Source of the DNA: an uncultured Gammaproteobacteria bacterium
Lineage (GTDB): Bacteria > Patescibacteriota > Patescibacteriia > UBA9934
DNA length: 64,000 bases
Reading direction: 5' to 3'
NCBI GenBank assembly: GCA_964355955.1
Contig: CAYHFQ010000003.1
Location: 31,777-95,776 of the forward strand
Shown: in pieces, positions 1-9,604 of the stretch
How the letters are laid out: every line of letters begins with the position of its first letter
How positions within the stretch are numbered: position 1 is the stretch's first letter
Translations under genes and position numbers: made by a program
The notes under the pieces: generated by a model
Told to the model about the DNA's origin: nothing
Seen by the model: the letters and a program-made list of their open reading frames with translations, nothing else
Databases searched by the model: none

Positions 1-670
1 CGACGGCGTCGTTGGTGTCGACGAGGCCAGCGTCATGACCGTCCAAGCGGTTGAGCTCCGTGGCGTCGAGGGTGACGGCGTTGAGAACGAGGGTGGAACT
101 GGAGTTGCCGGTGATGGTGGTGACGGTGCTGGCGGAACCGAGGGAAACGGTGCCCAAGGCGGCAAGAGCGCCATTAAATGTTTTGTCGCCGGCAAAGGCT
201 TGGGTACCGGTTGTGACCAAGCCGCGGTTGAGGGCCGAGGCGTCGGGAATGTTGAAGGTGTGGACGTCGCCGCTCGAGGAAATGTTGAAATCTGTGCCAG
301 TTGCGCCAATAGCGAAGGTTTGTGAAGGACCGGTTTGACCGTTCAAACTAGTAATCGAGGTGCCGCTGCCGACGGTCACCCAAGAGGTGCCGTCATAGCT
401 GTAAAAAATGCCGCCAGCGGTGTCGAGGTAGAGGGCACCAGTATTGGGACTAGCTAAAGCAGGTGCACCAACGCCGGTGTGAGCGTCGCCGATCGGCAAC
501 ACGCCACAGTCCAGAGAACCAGGAGCACAGTCTGGTTCGAGTGTGGCGCCTGGCAGATAGGTGGTGGCACGCGCAACTAAAGGCGACAACAAAAACGAAC
601 CAAGCAACAAACCAGCAACCGGAAGTATAAGAAAATTGAAGTTGTAAGATCTCGCAGAACGCCCCAACAT
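1..670 (-). CDS. Secreted surface protein with phage tail-fibre-like motifs (5' part; runs off the left edge)
   Basis: Manual translation from ATG at 670: MLGRSARSYNFNFLILPVAGLLLGSFLLSPLVARATTY... Signal-peptide-like start, then GALYLDT..GIFYSYDGTSW and NIPDASALNRGLVTTGTQAFAGDKTF. Frame is open to base 1; not in the ORF track. Confidence 0.8.
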   Translation of the reverse strand, partial: MLGRSARSYNFNFLILPVAGLLLGSFLLSPLVARATTYLPGATLEPDCAPGSLDCGVLPIGDAHTGVGAPALASPNTGALYLDTAGGIFYSYDGTSWVTVGSGTSITSLNGQTGPSQTFAIGATGTDFNISSSGDVHTFNIPDASALNRGLVTTGTQAFAGDKTFNGALAALGTVSLGSASTVTTITGNSSSTLVLNAVTLDATELNRLDGHDAGLVDTNDAV

Positions 671-718
671 AGGCACACGATTCTTTAATCGGCCTGATGC
701 TCAATGGCATTCGCTAAA

Positions 719-1180
719 TTATGTAAAACAGTGAACCCTGAATACTATCAATTGTATCACACTCTCGGCGTTGGTTATAGGAGATATCAACAGCTGAGTT
801 TTGCAGCTAAGAGTCGTTTTGTAGACGTTGGTAGTGGACTCGCCAACATAAGCTAAATATTTCTGGAGGCGCTCAGCTACGATAGGATCCGCGCGATCGT
901 CGACATTAAAATTTGGTAAACATAGGATCTGCCAGATGTACTTACCACCGTTGCCATCGGGATTCTTGTCGACCCATTGGTTGGCAAAAATTATGCGACC
1001 GCAACTGTTAGTAACAACAACGTCGGTGAATGATGGCGCAGGAAAAGAATTACAAGATTTGCAGCGACCGCATTTGATCTCGTAGGCAGCGTCTTTGGCG
1101 CTTAATTTAAATAGTAGTTTAGCACATTGATTGCAGCGAGATTCTGTCGCTACGGCGGAGGGTACTAGAATGGAACACAT
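719..1180 (-). CDS. Com-like zinc ribbon fused to a PAS-like region
   Basis: RCNQCAKLLFK...EIKCGRCK matches the Mu Com zinc-ribbon pattern; DVVVTNSCGRIIFAN resembles the start of a PAS domain. Confidence 0.6.
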   Translation of the reverse strand: MCSILVPSAVATESRCNQCAKLLFKLSAKDAAYEIKCGRCKSCNSFPAPSFTDVVVTNSCGRIIFANQWVDKNPDGNGGKYIWQILCLPNFNVDDRADPIVAERLQKYLAYVGESTTNVYKTTLSCKTQLLISPITNAESVIQLIVFRVHCFT

Positions 1181-1313
1181 ACTCCGCCAGCTTAGCTTGG
1201 TTATGTATAAAGCATAGAGAATTCAACTCTAATGTCAAGATGATCATAATTGACCCATTAAATAAGGCTTATATTATATCGAGCAATATGCTAAAATCTT
1301 GAAAAAGCAAAAT

Positions 1314-2111
1314 ATGAAAATAATATCTCTCAACATTTTTCGCGGACATGAATTCGACGCACTGCTAAAGTTTTGCACCGAGCAGGCGGCGTCGACGGAT
1401 GTGTTTTGTTTGCAAGAGGTGCTCAGTAATCCCAAGGAGGATATGTCTTCCCTGCCCTATGAAGGACGGGCGAATTTTTTGGAAGAGTTGCGGCGGGCGC
1501 TGCCTGAGTTTGCGGGTATTTTTGCACCTGGGCAAGAGGATTTTGATATGACGACGGACTATGAGGGACAGTTGTTGATGGGTAATGCGATTTTGTATAA
1601 GAAAGAATTAGAGGTGACTGGGCAAGGTAGCTTTTTTATTTATAATGAGTTTAATAGTTACGATGGCAAGGATTTTGAGACGCTCGGCCATAACGCGGTG
1701 TACATCGAGCAGGGCGGAGTGACGATCGTGACGCTGCATGGTAATTCGCAACCGGGGAGTAAGCGGGATACGCCGAAGAGGTTGGCGCAGTCGCAAAGAG
1801 TACTCGACTTTTTAGTGGTAAGAGCTGGCGAGAAGATAGTGCTGGGCGATTTTAATCTGATGCCTGAAACTGAATCGATTAAAATGTTTGAACGAGCTGG
1901 TTATCGTAATCTGGTGGTCGAGCATAAAATAACGACCACCCGCGGAACCAACCACCGAAAGATCTCGCCGGAGTACGCCAACACGCCAGAGGGGTACCAA
2001 GAGTTCGCTGATTATACGTTCACGACGCCGGGCGTAAAGGTGACGAGCTTCGAGGTGCCAGACCTCCCCCTGTCCGACCACTTGCCGATGATACTGGAAT
2101 TCAACGTGTAG
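1314..2111 (+). CDS. Endonuclease/exonuclease/phosphatase family protein
   Basis: SLN, DVFCLQE, GDFN, DY and SDHLP motifs; start moved to ATG 1314. Confidence 0.9.
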   Translation: MKIISLNIFRGHEFDALLKFCTEQAASTDVFCLQEVLSNPKEDMSSLPYEGRANFLEELRRALPEFAGIFAPGQEDFDMTTDYEGQLLMGNAILYKKELEVTGQGSFFIYNEFNSYDGKDFETLGHNAVYIEQGGVTIVTLHGNSQPGSKRDTPKRLAQSQRVLDFLVVRAGEKIVLGDFNLMPETESIKMFERAGYRNLVVEHKITTTRGTNHRKISPEYANTPEGYQEFADYTFTTPGVKVTSFEVPDLPLSDHLPMILEFNV

Positions 2112-2141
2112 CGATGCGGCGCTGGTTTTGCGTTCTTTTTC

Positions 2142-2197
2142 TGTGGATAAGTGGTCTACGTCAAAGGTATACGTTTGACGTAGACCACTTATCCACA
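2142..2197. repeat. Palindromic repeat family A, copy 1 (24 bp arms ending in DnaA-box 9-mers)
   Basis: tgtggataagtggtctacgtcaaa-ggtatacg-tttgacgtagaccacttatccaca is a perfect inverted repeat. Confidence 0.9.
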
Positions 2198-2240
2198 TGT
2201 CAATTGACAACAGGTGCGAACTGGCTCAGCATTAGGGTAT

Positions 2241-3326
2241 ATGAAAATATTCCTACTTGCCCTCGCGTTGTTTGCTGTGCCGAGTGTCACTTTTGCTGCC
2301 GTTAGCGCACCAAATAGCCTGACAATCTCCCCAGGCCAGTACACGAACGATACTACGCCGACTTTCAGCTGGAGTGCACCAAGCGGGGCGACTTGGTATG
2401 ACGTCGCGGTTGATGCTGGTGGGTACAGCGGGATTGGCAATGTGCTGAGTTATACGCTACCCACACAAGCAAATGGCTGGCATACCTTCTACGTACGAGC
2501 TCACGACAATAGCAATGCCGTCAGCGGGAGTAACGCGCTAACATTCGAGATCGATACCGTCGGCCCAACAGTCTCACGAGTTTCAATCTCAAAAGCGACC
2601 GCTAATGTGCCAACCACGGTGTCCGTCAGCACGTCTGGTGAATCTGCCGTAGCTTCCTGCCGTTTGATGATCGACCATATCAACCTGGCCGATATGACCA
2701 AAAATGGCGACACTTGGAGTGCTAATTACGCCTTTGCCGCCGTTGGCAACGCTGGCTCCGGCACAGTGCAGGCGGCTGTGAGCTGTACCGATGGCGATGG
2801 TAATTCCACGCTCGGAGCTAGCCGCACAGTGACAGTGACAGGCTACACGGTAGCTGAAGCCTACGCTGGCGATAGAATTAAGACGGCTTGTGGCAGTAAC
2901 GTCAGAAAGAGCGATGCCTGTCATGCCGTGTACTACTTGGGCGCCGATGGCAAACGTCACGCCTTCCCCACCGAAGCCGTCTATTACACTTGGTACAGCA
3001 ACTGGAGCGGCGTCAAAACTGTCAGCCAGGCGTTCATGTCGACGTTGTCGCTAGGCAAGAATGTGACTTTGCACCCAGGTACCGCGCTGGTGAAGTTTAC
3101 GAGTACGAACGAGGTTTACGCCGTCAGTCGTGGCGCTGTATTGCACCACTACTTAACCGAGGCGCTGGTAAAAGCCGACTACGGCAACAACTGGCAAGCA
3201 TCGCTTGTGTCCGTGTCTGCAGTGCTACGCGGCAATTACTCGATTGGTAGCGTGATTGACTCGACCAGCGATTACGATGCGGCTACGGCGAAGGCTGCGG
3301 TGACGAGTATTGATAGTAATTTTTAG
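2241..3326 (+). CDS. Secreted Ig-like protein with CPR-type C-terminal 'AVYY.GADGKRHAFP' domain
   Basis: Signal peptide MKIFLLALALFAVPSVTFA; TNDTTPTFSW and FEIDTVGP Ig-like motifs; C-terminal domain typical of Parcubacteria surface proteins. Confidence 0.75.
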   Translation: MKIFLLALALFAVPSVTFAAVSAPNSLTISPGQYTNDTTPTFSWSAPSGATWYDVAVDAGGYSGIGNVLSYTLPTQANGWHTFYVRAHDNSNAVSGSNALTFEIDTVGPTVSRVSISKATANVPTTVSVSTSGESAVASCRLMIDHINLADMTKNGDTWSANYAFAAVGNAGSGTVQAAVSCTDGDGNSTLGASRTVTVTGYTVAEAYAGDRIKTACGSNVRKSDACHAVYYLGADGKRHAFPTEAVYYTWYSNWSGVKTVSQAFMSTLSLGKNVTLHPGTALVKFTSTNEVYAVSRGAVLHHYLTEALVKADYGNNWQASLVSVSAVLRGNYSIGSVIDSTSDYDAATAKAAVTSIDSNF

Positions 3327-3340
3327 AGTGTTGACGGCTC

Positions 3341-3369
3341 TTGATTCTTGTTACTGACTATGATACATT
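3341..3369 (+). promoter_or_regulatory. Putative sigma70 promoter (TTGATT-17-TACATT, extended -10 TG)
   Basis: Sequence match; points at the hairpin at 3376-3443. Confidence 0.45.
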
Positions 3370-3375
3370 AAAGGT

Positions 3376-3443
3376 AGAAGAAGTAAGACCTCCTGCGTTG
3401 GGTTACCGGATGGTAACCCGTTAAAGCAGGGGGCTTTTTTTTA
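3376..3443 (+). ncRNA. Putative structured small RNA or terminator at the 3' end of the DUF3800 gene
   Basis: Nested stem CCTCCTGC..GGGTTACC-ggat-GGTAACCC..GCAGGGGG followed by a T-run; promoter-like site upstream. Confidence 0.4.
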
Positions 3444-4070
3444 TTTAAAAAGCAATTTTTCGGCAATTATTTTACTCTCAATCAAATCATAAAAAGGCAT
3501 TGTGGCGAATTCATATTTCCTGAATATTGCCCAAGATATGAAATCCACAGCTTGGAGTGATTTGTTCTGATAAGAGGCATGAAGCCGCACCTTGAACTTC
3601 TCTGGACGTCGCTTTTGCATGGCAGCAGTGAGATGCTTCACAAATCTTTCTTCCAATGACTTTTTTGTATCTTTACGATCGATAACTAAATCAATGTCTT
3701 CACCAGACTCGATGATACCTTCGTCGTGCAAATGGCCGAGCAGAACATTGGCCGCGTAGGTGTATAAATAATGTTTTTGATTTTGCAGATCTACATAAAC
3801 TTTGTCCTTGTTGAGGACAATAGTCATGATTTTAATATCATCACATTCTTTGATTAACTGGAGCATTTTGTTACGAGTGACATCCTGCTCTTTTGAGGCA
3901 TGTAGTTCTCCTCCATGCTTGTATTTTTTATGAAGTGATTTCCACACCTTTTTAACTATTCTTTCAAGACAACGTTCGTCCTTAACGATAGCAATGGTAA
4001 TCAAAAACCACTTACTAGATCTTTCCGCAAACCCTAAATCGCCGCTCTCGTCGAGAAAGATATAAGCTAT
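3441..4070 (-). CDS. DUF3800 family protein (apparent ATA start)
   Basis: In-frame upstream extension gives (I)AYIFLDESGDLGF; C-terminal LQAVDFISWAIFRKYE. No ATG/GTG/TTG between the DESG motif and the upstream TGA at 4098-4100. Confidence 0.8.
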   Translation of the reverse strand: MAYIFLDESGDLGFAERSSKWFLITIAIVKDERCLERIVKKVWKSLHKKYKHGGELHASKEQDVTRNKMLQLIKECDDIKIMTIVLNKDKVYVDLQNQKHYLYTYAANVLLGHLHDEGIIESGEDIDLVIDRKDTKKSLEERFVKHLTAAMQKRRPEKFKVRLHASYQNKSLQAVDFISWAIFRKYEFATMPFYDLIESKIIAEKLLFK

Positions 4071-4139
4071 GTGGTCTATTCTATCATTGAGGTGATATCA
4101 GGAGCAATGTTGATTATGATGAGAGTTGATAATATTTTC

Positions 4140-4184
4140 TGTGGATAAGTGGTCTACATTCAATGTATACGTTGAATGTAGACC
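4140..4184. repeat. Palindromic repeat family A, copy 2
   Basis: tgtggataagtggtctacattcaa-tgtatacg-ttgaatgtagacc; supplies the last codons and the stop of the 4160-4675 gene. Confidence 0.85.
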
Positions 4185-4675
4185 AGAATTTTTTGAGCAA
4201 CATCAGCTGGCGAAAGTGAATTCGTGTCGAGGACGGTGGCGGAGGGACGGGTGGGGATGAGTTTGGAGATAAGTTCCCAGGAACGTTGGGCTTTGTCGAT
4301 GGAGAAAACGCCGGAGCTGTAACCGCGGGTGGCGCCGCGTTCCAGGAGAGTACGATTGTCGCACCAGAGAATGAATTCGTGGACGCTGGCGTCAAATTTT
4401 GCGGCAACGGTGATGAGCTGATCGATGACTTCCCCGTCGAAGAACATTTTGTCGATGATGACGTCACGACCGTCGGCGAAACAGGTTTCCATGATGCCGA
4501 GAGCGAGGGTCAGCGAGAAATAAAAACTTTTTTGACGGTCTAGCTCGTAGCCACTAATACAACGGCGCAACACGTCGAGTTCGAGGTGAAAAGAGCCGGG
4601 CAATTCGTGGTGTAAGAGAGCAGCGGTGGTCGACTTCCCTACTCCCCACGGACCGTTGATAATAACTAGTTTCAT
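4160..4675 (-). CDS. P-loop (AAA_33-like) kinase/ATPase
   Basis: N-terminal Walker A GPWGVGKST; DVIID Walker B-like. Confidence 0.8.
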   Translation of the reverse strand: MKLVIINGPWGVGKSTTAALLHHELPGSFHLELDVLRRCISGYELDRQKSFYFSLTLALGIMETCFADGRDVIIDKMFFDGEVIDQLITVAAKFDASVHEFILWCDNRTLLERGATRGYSSGVFSIDKAQRSWELISKLIPTRPSATVLDTNSLSPADVAQKILVYIQRIH

Positions 4676-4698
4676 AACAGTGGTATAATGACAGTAAT

Positions 4699-4938
4699 AT
4701 GAAGAAATCGCTCGCTAGTGAGGAACGCGAATTAGTGGAAGAGATCAGCAAGACCCGTAAAGTTTACGTCGATTCCATTAAAACAAGCAAGCGGTTAATG
4801 CATCGCCTGTTGGACGGGATCGTGTATGGTTTTGGCATCGCGATTGGTGGTACGGTAGTTTTCGGGATTGTGATTTTTATTGGGTCGAGAATTATTTTGC
4901 CGCTGTTGCCAGCTTGGTTGGCGAATTTGACACAATAA
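4699..4938 (+). CDS. Small membrane protein
   Basis: 79 aa with a hydrophobic C-terminal helix GIVYGFGIAIGGTVVFGIV. Confidence 0.65.
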   Translation: MKKSLASEERELVEEISKTRKVYVDSIKTSKRLMHRLLDGIVYGFGIAIGGTVVFGIVIFIGSRIILPLLPAWLANLTQ

Positions 4939-5009
4939 TTAGTTGTACGGAATACGTCCGATGTAGACCGAGTCTACATCTGACGAATTCCTCGTGCTGA
5001 GCCCGATGC

Positions 5010-6416
5010 TCAGACGTGAACGATTGAGAGTTTAGTTTCGGCGCCGTTACTGATGACGACAGCTATTTGTGAGCCGCGACGGACGAGTTTGTCGTGGTGG
5101 ATTTTTGTTTGGAGGCGAGAAATGAGAGTGCCAGGCGAGTCGGCCATAATGAGCGGGACGATGCCGGAGGAAACGATGGCGCGACGAGCTGCCGATTCGT
5201 TGGGACAGACCATGAAGACCGGAACGTCGGGGCGGAACATATTAATTTGTTGCGCGACCACGCCCTGGCCGGCGACGACAACGATGGCGGCAATGAGGCC
5301 GCTGGCAGCGAGAACGTGGACGGACTGCGCGAGGGCTTCGGCGACGTCGGGCACGCGGAGTGAGACGTGATGAATGTCGTCGTAACGCGACTTCTCGGCT
5401 TCGCGGATGACAGCGGTCATGGCGGCGACAGTGACGGCGGGATAGCGGCCAGTGGCGCTCTCGGCGGAGAGCATGACGGCGTCGGTATGGTCAAAAACGG
5501 CGTTGGCGACGTCGGAAATTTCAGCGCGAGTACCGCGTGGGTTGGTGACCATGGAATTTAACATTTGAGTGGCCACGACGACTGGCTTCCCCGCTTGGCG
5601 ACAGGCCTCGACAATATCCTTTTGAATTTCGGGAACTTCTTCAGGACGGACTTCCACGCCTAAATCACCACGGCCCAAGAGGATGCCGTCGGCGGCCGCG
5701 AGAATTTCCGGGAAGTTGTCGAGAGCAGTGCGACGCTCGACCTTAGCGAAGAACAGAGGGACGGGCACGCCAGCTGCTTTGGCAGCTGATCTGGCGACGG
5801 AGCGGGCGGTTAAGATGTCGTCGGCGCAGGAAACGAAGGATAAAGCGACCCAGTCCACGCCTTGGGCAACGCCGAAGAGGAGATCCTCACGATCTTTGGG
5901 TGTGAACGAGGCCTCGCCGACCATCGAGTCGGGAAGATTGAGACCTTTGTGAGAAGTGAGGACGCCAGGAACTTTGACCTTGGCGGTGATGTTATGACCG
6001 CGGACTTTCTCGACGACCACTTCGATGGTGCCGTCGTCGAAGAGGATGCGGTGACCGACTTTGACGTCGCGGTGCAGTGAGGCGTAAGTGACGGGAATAG
6101 CGCCGCCTGTTTTGTATGCGACGAGTGATGTTGTGAGAATTATTTTTTCGGCTTTGTGGAGAATGACGCCCTTGGCTGGCAATTCAGCGACGCGAATTTT
6201 GGGACCTTGCAAGTCCTGCAGAATAGCCACAGTTTGACCGGCTTTGCGTGCGGCGGCCCGGACAGTTTTGATGAGCCTGGCATGACTCGGGTGATCGCCG
6301 TGGGAAAAGTTAAGGCGAGCGACTCTCATCCCAGCGTTAATCATACGCACCAACATAGAGACCGAACTCGAAGCCGGGCCAATGGTGCAGATTATTTTAG
6401 TGCGCGTTTCCTCCAT
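5010..6416 (-). CDS. pyk: Pyruvate kinase
   Basis: TKIICTIGPAS, RLNFSHG, DLQGPKIR, GRGDLGVE, ATQML, DAVMLSAESA. Confidence 0.97.
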   Translation of the reverse strand: MEETRTKIICTIGPASSSVSMLVRMINAGMRVARLNFSHGDHPSHARLIKTVRAAARKAGQTVAILQDLQGPKIRVAELPAKGVILHKAEKIILTTSLVAYKTGGAIPVTYASLHRDVKVGHRILFDDGTIEVVVEKVRGHNITAKVKVPGVLTSHKGLNLPDSMVGEASFTPKDREDLLFGVAQGVDWVALSFVSCADDILTARSVARSAAKAAGVPVPLFFAKVERRTALDNFPEILAAADGILLGRGDLGVEVRPEEVPEIQKDIVEACRQAGKPVVVATQMLNSMVTNPRGTRAEISDVANAVFDHTDAVMLSAESATGRYPAVTVAAMTAVIREAEKSRYDDIHHVSLRVPDVAEALAQSVHVLAASGLIAAIVVVAGQGVVAQQINMFRPDVPVFMVCPNESAARRAIVSSGIVPLIMADSPGTLISRLQTKIHHDKLVRRGSQIAVVISNGAETKLSIVHV

Positions 6417-6463
6417 AATAAAATGATGATACGAGTATATCATCATTTTAAAAATATTTCTTT

Positions 6464-6937
6464 TTATTTCTTCTTCTTCCCCACTGCGCCAAGTTTTCGC
6501 AACTCTTCCGCGAAAGTAGCAACGTCTTCGAAGGAGTGATAGACGCTGGCGTAACGGATGTAAGCAACTTTGTCGAAGCTACGAAGTTGCTCCATGAGAA
6601 TGGCGCCGATTGAGCGGCTGGTGATTTCGCTACCTCTCCCCTTTTGAATTTCGCGTTCAATGGTGTGGACAAGAGTGCGGAATTGGACGTCGGTGTAGGG
6701 GCGCTTCTCTAAAGATTTTTTGAGGCCACTTTCGATTTTTTCGCGATTGTAGGATTCGCGTCGACCGTTACGCTTGACCACAGTGACGTCGAGGATTTCG
6801 ATTTCTTCCACGGTCGAAAAACGAAAAGCACATTTGGCCTTCTCGCATTCCCGGCGGCGGCGCACCGTCAAGCTGTCGGCCGAAAGTCGAGAATCGATCA
6901 CCCTCGTCGATTTTCCACTACAGACAGGACAGAACAT
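6464..6937 (-). CDS. nrdR: Transcriptional repressor NrdR
   Basis: CPVC zinc ribbon, VIDSR, RRRREC, ATP-cone, DKVAYIRYASVY. Confidence 0.97.
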   Translation of the reverse strand: MFCPVCSGKSTRVIDSRLSADSLTVRRRRECEKAKCAFRFSTVEEIEILDVTVVKRNGRRESYNREKIESGLKKSLEKRPYTDVQFRTLVHTIEREIQKGRGSEITSRSIGAILMEQLRSFDKVAYIRYASVYHSFEDVATFAEELRKLGAVGKKKK

Positions 6938-6938
6938 A

Positions 6939-8273
6939 CTACATCATCTTGCGACGGATAAACGCTGGAATGCCAAGCTCGTCGTCGTCATCTTTTTTAG
7001 GTTGGGCTTGGACTTGGGCTGGTTGCTGCGGTGTTGGTGGCGTGTAGACGGGAATCTGCTGACGAGGGTCTTCTTCGTAAGGGTCGTGAGCTGGCTGTGG
7101 CCTTAGTTCTGGAGCGCGAGTTGGAGATGAAGAGATGGTTGGGGCGGCTGGCACACGGCGCTCGGCGAACGGTGATTCTTTCACAGCCATGACCGGCATG
7201 TAGCTATTGCGAGGTGGCACAGCAGGAGTGGAACGATAATCATCACGACGTGGGGCGTTCCAGCTGCTTTGTGGCGTGATTTCGACGTCGCCGGCGAGGG
7301 ACGGAGCGCGGCGGTGGTCACGGTTGTCAAAGCCGGTAGCCACGACGGTGATGCGAACTTCGTCTTGCAAAGTCTCGTCGATGTTGGCACCAAAGATAAC
7401 ACGGGCGTCTTCGTCGGCCGAACCGGTGATAATTTTGGCGGCTTCGGCGACTTCGTACATGGCGAGGTCCGCACTGCCGGTGACGGTGAAGAGAATGCCC
7501 TTGGCGCCGTCGATGGAAAGTTCGAGCAATGGCGAAGCGATGGCTTGCTTGGCAGCTTCAACGGCGCGGTTCTCGCCCGAGGCCCGGCCGATGCCCATGA
7601 GGGCGCTACCAGCGTTTTGCATGATTGCTTTGACGTCCGCGAAATCGACGTTGATGAGGCCTGGGATAGTGATGATTTCGGAAATCCCCTGCACGCCTTG
7701 GCGGAGCACGTCGTCGACAATTTTGAAGGCGTCGAGGAGCGAAGTTTTCTTGTCGATAATTTGCAACACGCGGTCGTTCGGAATGGTGATGACGGTGTCG
7801 ACCTGGGCGCAGAGTTCGGCGTAGGCTTCGTCGGCAATACGTTTGCGCTGCGCACCCTCAAAACCGAATGGTTTGGTGACAACAGCCACAGTAAGCGCAC
7901 CAACCTCGCGGGCGATTTTAGCAATCTCTGGAATGGCGCCACTACCGGTACCACCACCCAAACCACAAGTGAGGAAGACCATGTCGGCCCCGGCGATAGC
8001 TGTCCTAATGTCGTTGGCGTTTTCTTCCGCGGCGCGACGACCAACTTCCGGATTCATGCCAGCACCCAAACCACGAGTAGCGGTTTTGCCGATAGGGATT
8101 TTGGTCAGCGCTAAGTTGGCATGAAGCGCTTGAGCGTCTGTGTTGACGGCAATGAAGTCGACGCCGCGCAACTTCTCCAAGATCATGCGGTTGAGCGCTG
8201 AGCCACCACCGCCGCCAACGCCGATGACTTTGATTTTGGCAGCGGTTTCGATTTCCGGTTTAAATTCGGCCAT
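6939..8273 (-). CDS. ftsZ: Cell division protein FtsZ
   Basis: GGGTGSG tubulin motif, NVDFADV, C-terminal LGIPAFIRRK. Confidence 0.98.
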   Translation of the reverse strand: MAEFKPEIETAAKIKVIGVGGGGGSALNRMILEKLRGVDFIAVNTDAQALHANLALTKIPIGKTATRGLGAGMNPEVGRRAAEENANDIRTAIAGADMVFLTCGLGGGTGSGAIPEIAKIAREVGALTVAVVTKPFGFEGAQRKRIADEAYAELCAQVDTVITIPNDRVLQIIDKKTSLLDAFKIVDDVLRQGVQGISEIITIPGLINVDFADVKAIMQNAGSALMGIGRASGENRAVEAAKQAIASPLLELSIDGAKGILFTVTGSADLAMYEVAEAAKIITGSADEDARVIFGANIDETLQDEVRITVVATGFDNRDHRRAPSLAGDVEITPQSSWNAPRRDDYRSTPAVPPRNSYMPVMAVKESPFAERRVPAAPTISSSPTRAPELRPQPAHDPYEEDPRQQIPVYTPPTPQQPAQVQAQPKKDDDDELGIPAFIRRKMM

Positions 8274-8415
8274 AACAATTGATGTTCATCCCCTCCCCTG
8301 AACACTTTAAGTATTCAATTTGGCTAAGCGTAAATAAAATTCTTACTAGCAGCCTAACATAGGAGGAATAAAGTCTCCATTGTGCATGTGGATAACTCGA
8401 CAGAACACCAGAATC

Positions 8416-8569
8416 GTCGCTCGCAACCGCCGTATCTCCTGTTCCTAGCTCAAGGCCTCAGCCCAGAAACACTTACAGAATGACTCGCTTAACGAAAAGC
8501 AAATGCGCGAGTCAAGTGTTTCTCGGGTCGGCCATCGCGTCGTCACACGAGACACGACAGTCGCTCGCT
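8416..8569. repeat. Structured repeat family B (outer module, different inner stem)
   Basis: First 35 nt are identical to 42728-42762; the right end gtcgtcac..gagacacg.cagtcgctcgct is also shared. Confidence 0.85.
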
Positions 8570-8596
8570 TGTTAGTGAGGATGAGTGTTCAACTTG

Positions 8597-8642
8597 AAAA
8601 CAAAACCGGTCTGCCACGAGGGACAGACCAGTTAGGGTGACG
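8597..8642 (-). terminator. Intrinsic terminator of array gene 1; near-duplicate at 9537-9583
   Basis: aaaacaaaacc.g.ctgccacgagggacagac in both copies; hairpin plus U-tract on the minus strand. Confidence 0.7.
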
Positions 8643-8663
8643 CTTTTGCCGTCGACGGCCGAG

Positions 8664-9374
8664 CTAGGAGGGCTCGGGTTCGGGGTGAGGGTTGGTGTCG
8701 GGCGGGATGATGGTGTGGCCGAGCGAGATGTGCTCGACGTCGATGGGCGGATGCCAGGCCAAGATGGCCATGAAGCGCGCGAGGTGATCGGCTACCTGCT
8801 CGACCGTGACGTAACCGTTCGCCTCCCAGTCCGTCTGCTGGTCGGCGCTGAGCCTCTGCAACTCGACGAGCAAAGTGCTGCGCCGGAGGTGATCGATGTC
8901 AGCCATGAGCTTCTTGATCACGTCGCAACGCGGTTCCCAGCTGATGGTCGAGAACTCGTGTCGCTCCCGACAGTGGCGACAGGGTTGACCGGCCAGGATG
9001 TTGATCACCCGTTCCTCAGAACACAGGAGTTCTTCGATCTCCTGAGCAGGGCTGGGTGGTGCCGGCGGAGCGCCGAGATCGATGATGAAGACTTCTCCAC
9101 CGAAAGCGGCCATGATCGCGACGAAGTCCAGGTAGCCGTCGTTGGCGTCTTCATCACCGTCTGCTTCTTCCTGGTCGTCGAACTTCGCCTGACCGAGCTG
9201 GCCTTTCGCGTCGACCTCGAAGGTACCGACTTGGACGTCATCCTCGTTGGTCAACGGGTAGATGCCAGGCGGCAACAGTTGGCCGAGAACATCCTCGCCG
9301 TAGCTGACCCAGCCCTCGGCGTCGACGGTGACGTCCCACCACCGATCGTTGAATTTGAAAGAAAATGAACGCAT
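8664..9374 (-). CDS. Orphan array paralogue 1 (N-domain + CxxCxxxH + ILAW end)
   Basis: LPPGIYPL..GTFEV; GQPCRHCRERH; RFMAILAWHP; AGGAG SD. Confidence 0.8.
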   Translation of the reverse strand: MRSFSFKFNDRWWDVTVDAEGWVSYGEDVLGQLLPPGIYPLTNEDDVQVGTFEVDAKGQLGQAKFDDQEEADGDEDANDGYLDFVAIMAAFGGEVFIIDLGAPPAPPSPAQEIEELLCSEERVINILAGQPCRHCRERHEFSTISWEPRCDVIKKLMADIDHLRRSTLLVELQRLSADQQTDWEANGYVTVEQVADHLARFMAILAWHPPIDVEHISLGHTIIPPDTNPHPEPEPS

Positions 9375-9493
9375 GACGCTCCTCTGCCCCGTAATGGGGA
9401 CTTGCTTGGGTGGTAGACGAGTTGGCTTTTGGCCGACTCATAGCGACTTCTTCCGGCGAAAAAGACGGTGGGAGGCGGCGAAAATGAGTTGTT

Positions 9494-9522
9494 ATAGTGC
9501 CATGAAATTTAGAAAATGTCAA
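9494..9522 (-). promoter_or_regulatory. Array promoter 1 (TTGACA-17-CACTAT)
   Basis: Read on the minus strand; same geometry upstream of all seven array genes. Confidence 0.65.
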
Positions 9523-9604
9523 TGATTGACGCCCTGAAAACAAAACCAGCCTGCCACGAGGGACAGACTGATTGAGGTGACGCGCGAACCGCGTCGACGA
9601 TGGG

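Noticed and set aside
7181-8124. Long alternative and antisense ORFs over ftsZ (and similar ones over pyk, ftsA, hisS, the array and the giant gene)
   Set aside because: Shadow ORFs expected from codon bias; no motifs or translation signals.
2142-8395. Replication origin suggested by TTATCCACA boxes
   Set aside because: The boxes are dispersed and mostly inside a repeat family; there is no dnaA or clustered boxes with an AT-rich unwinding region.
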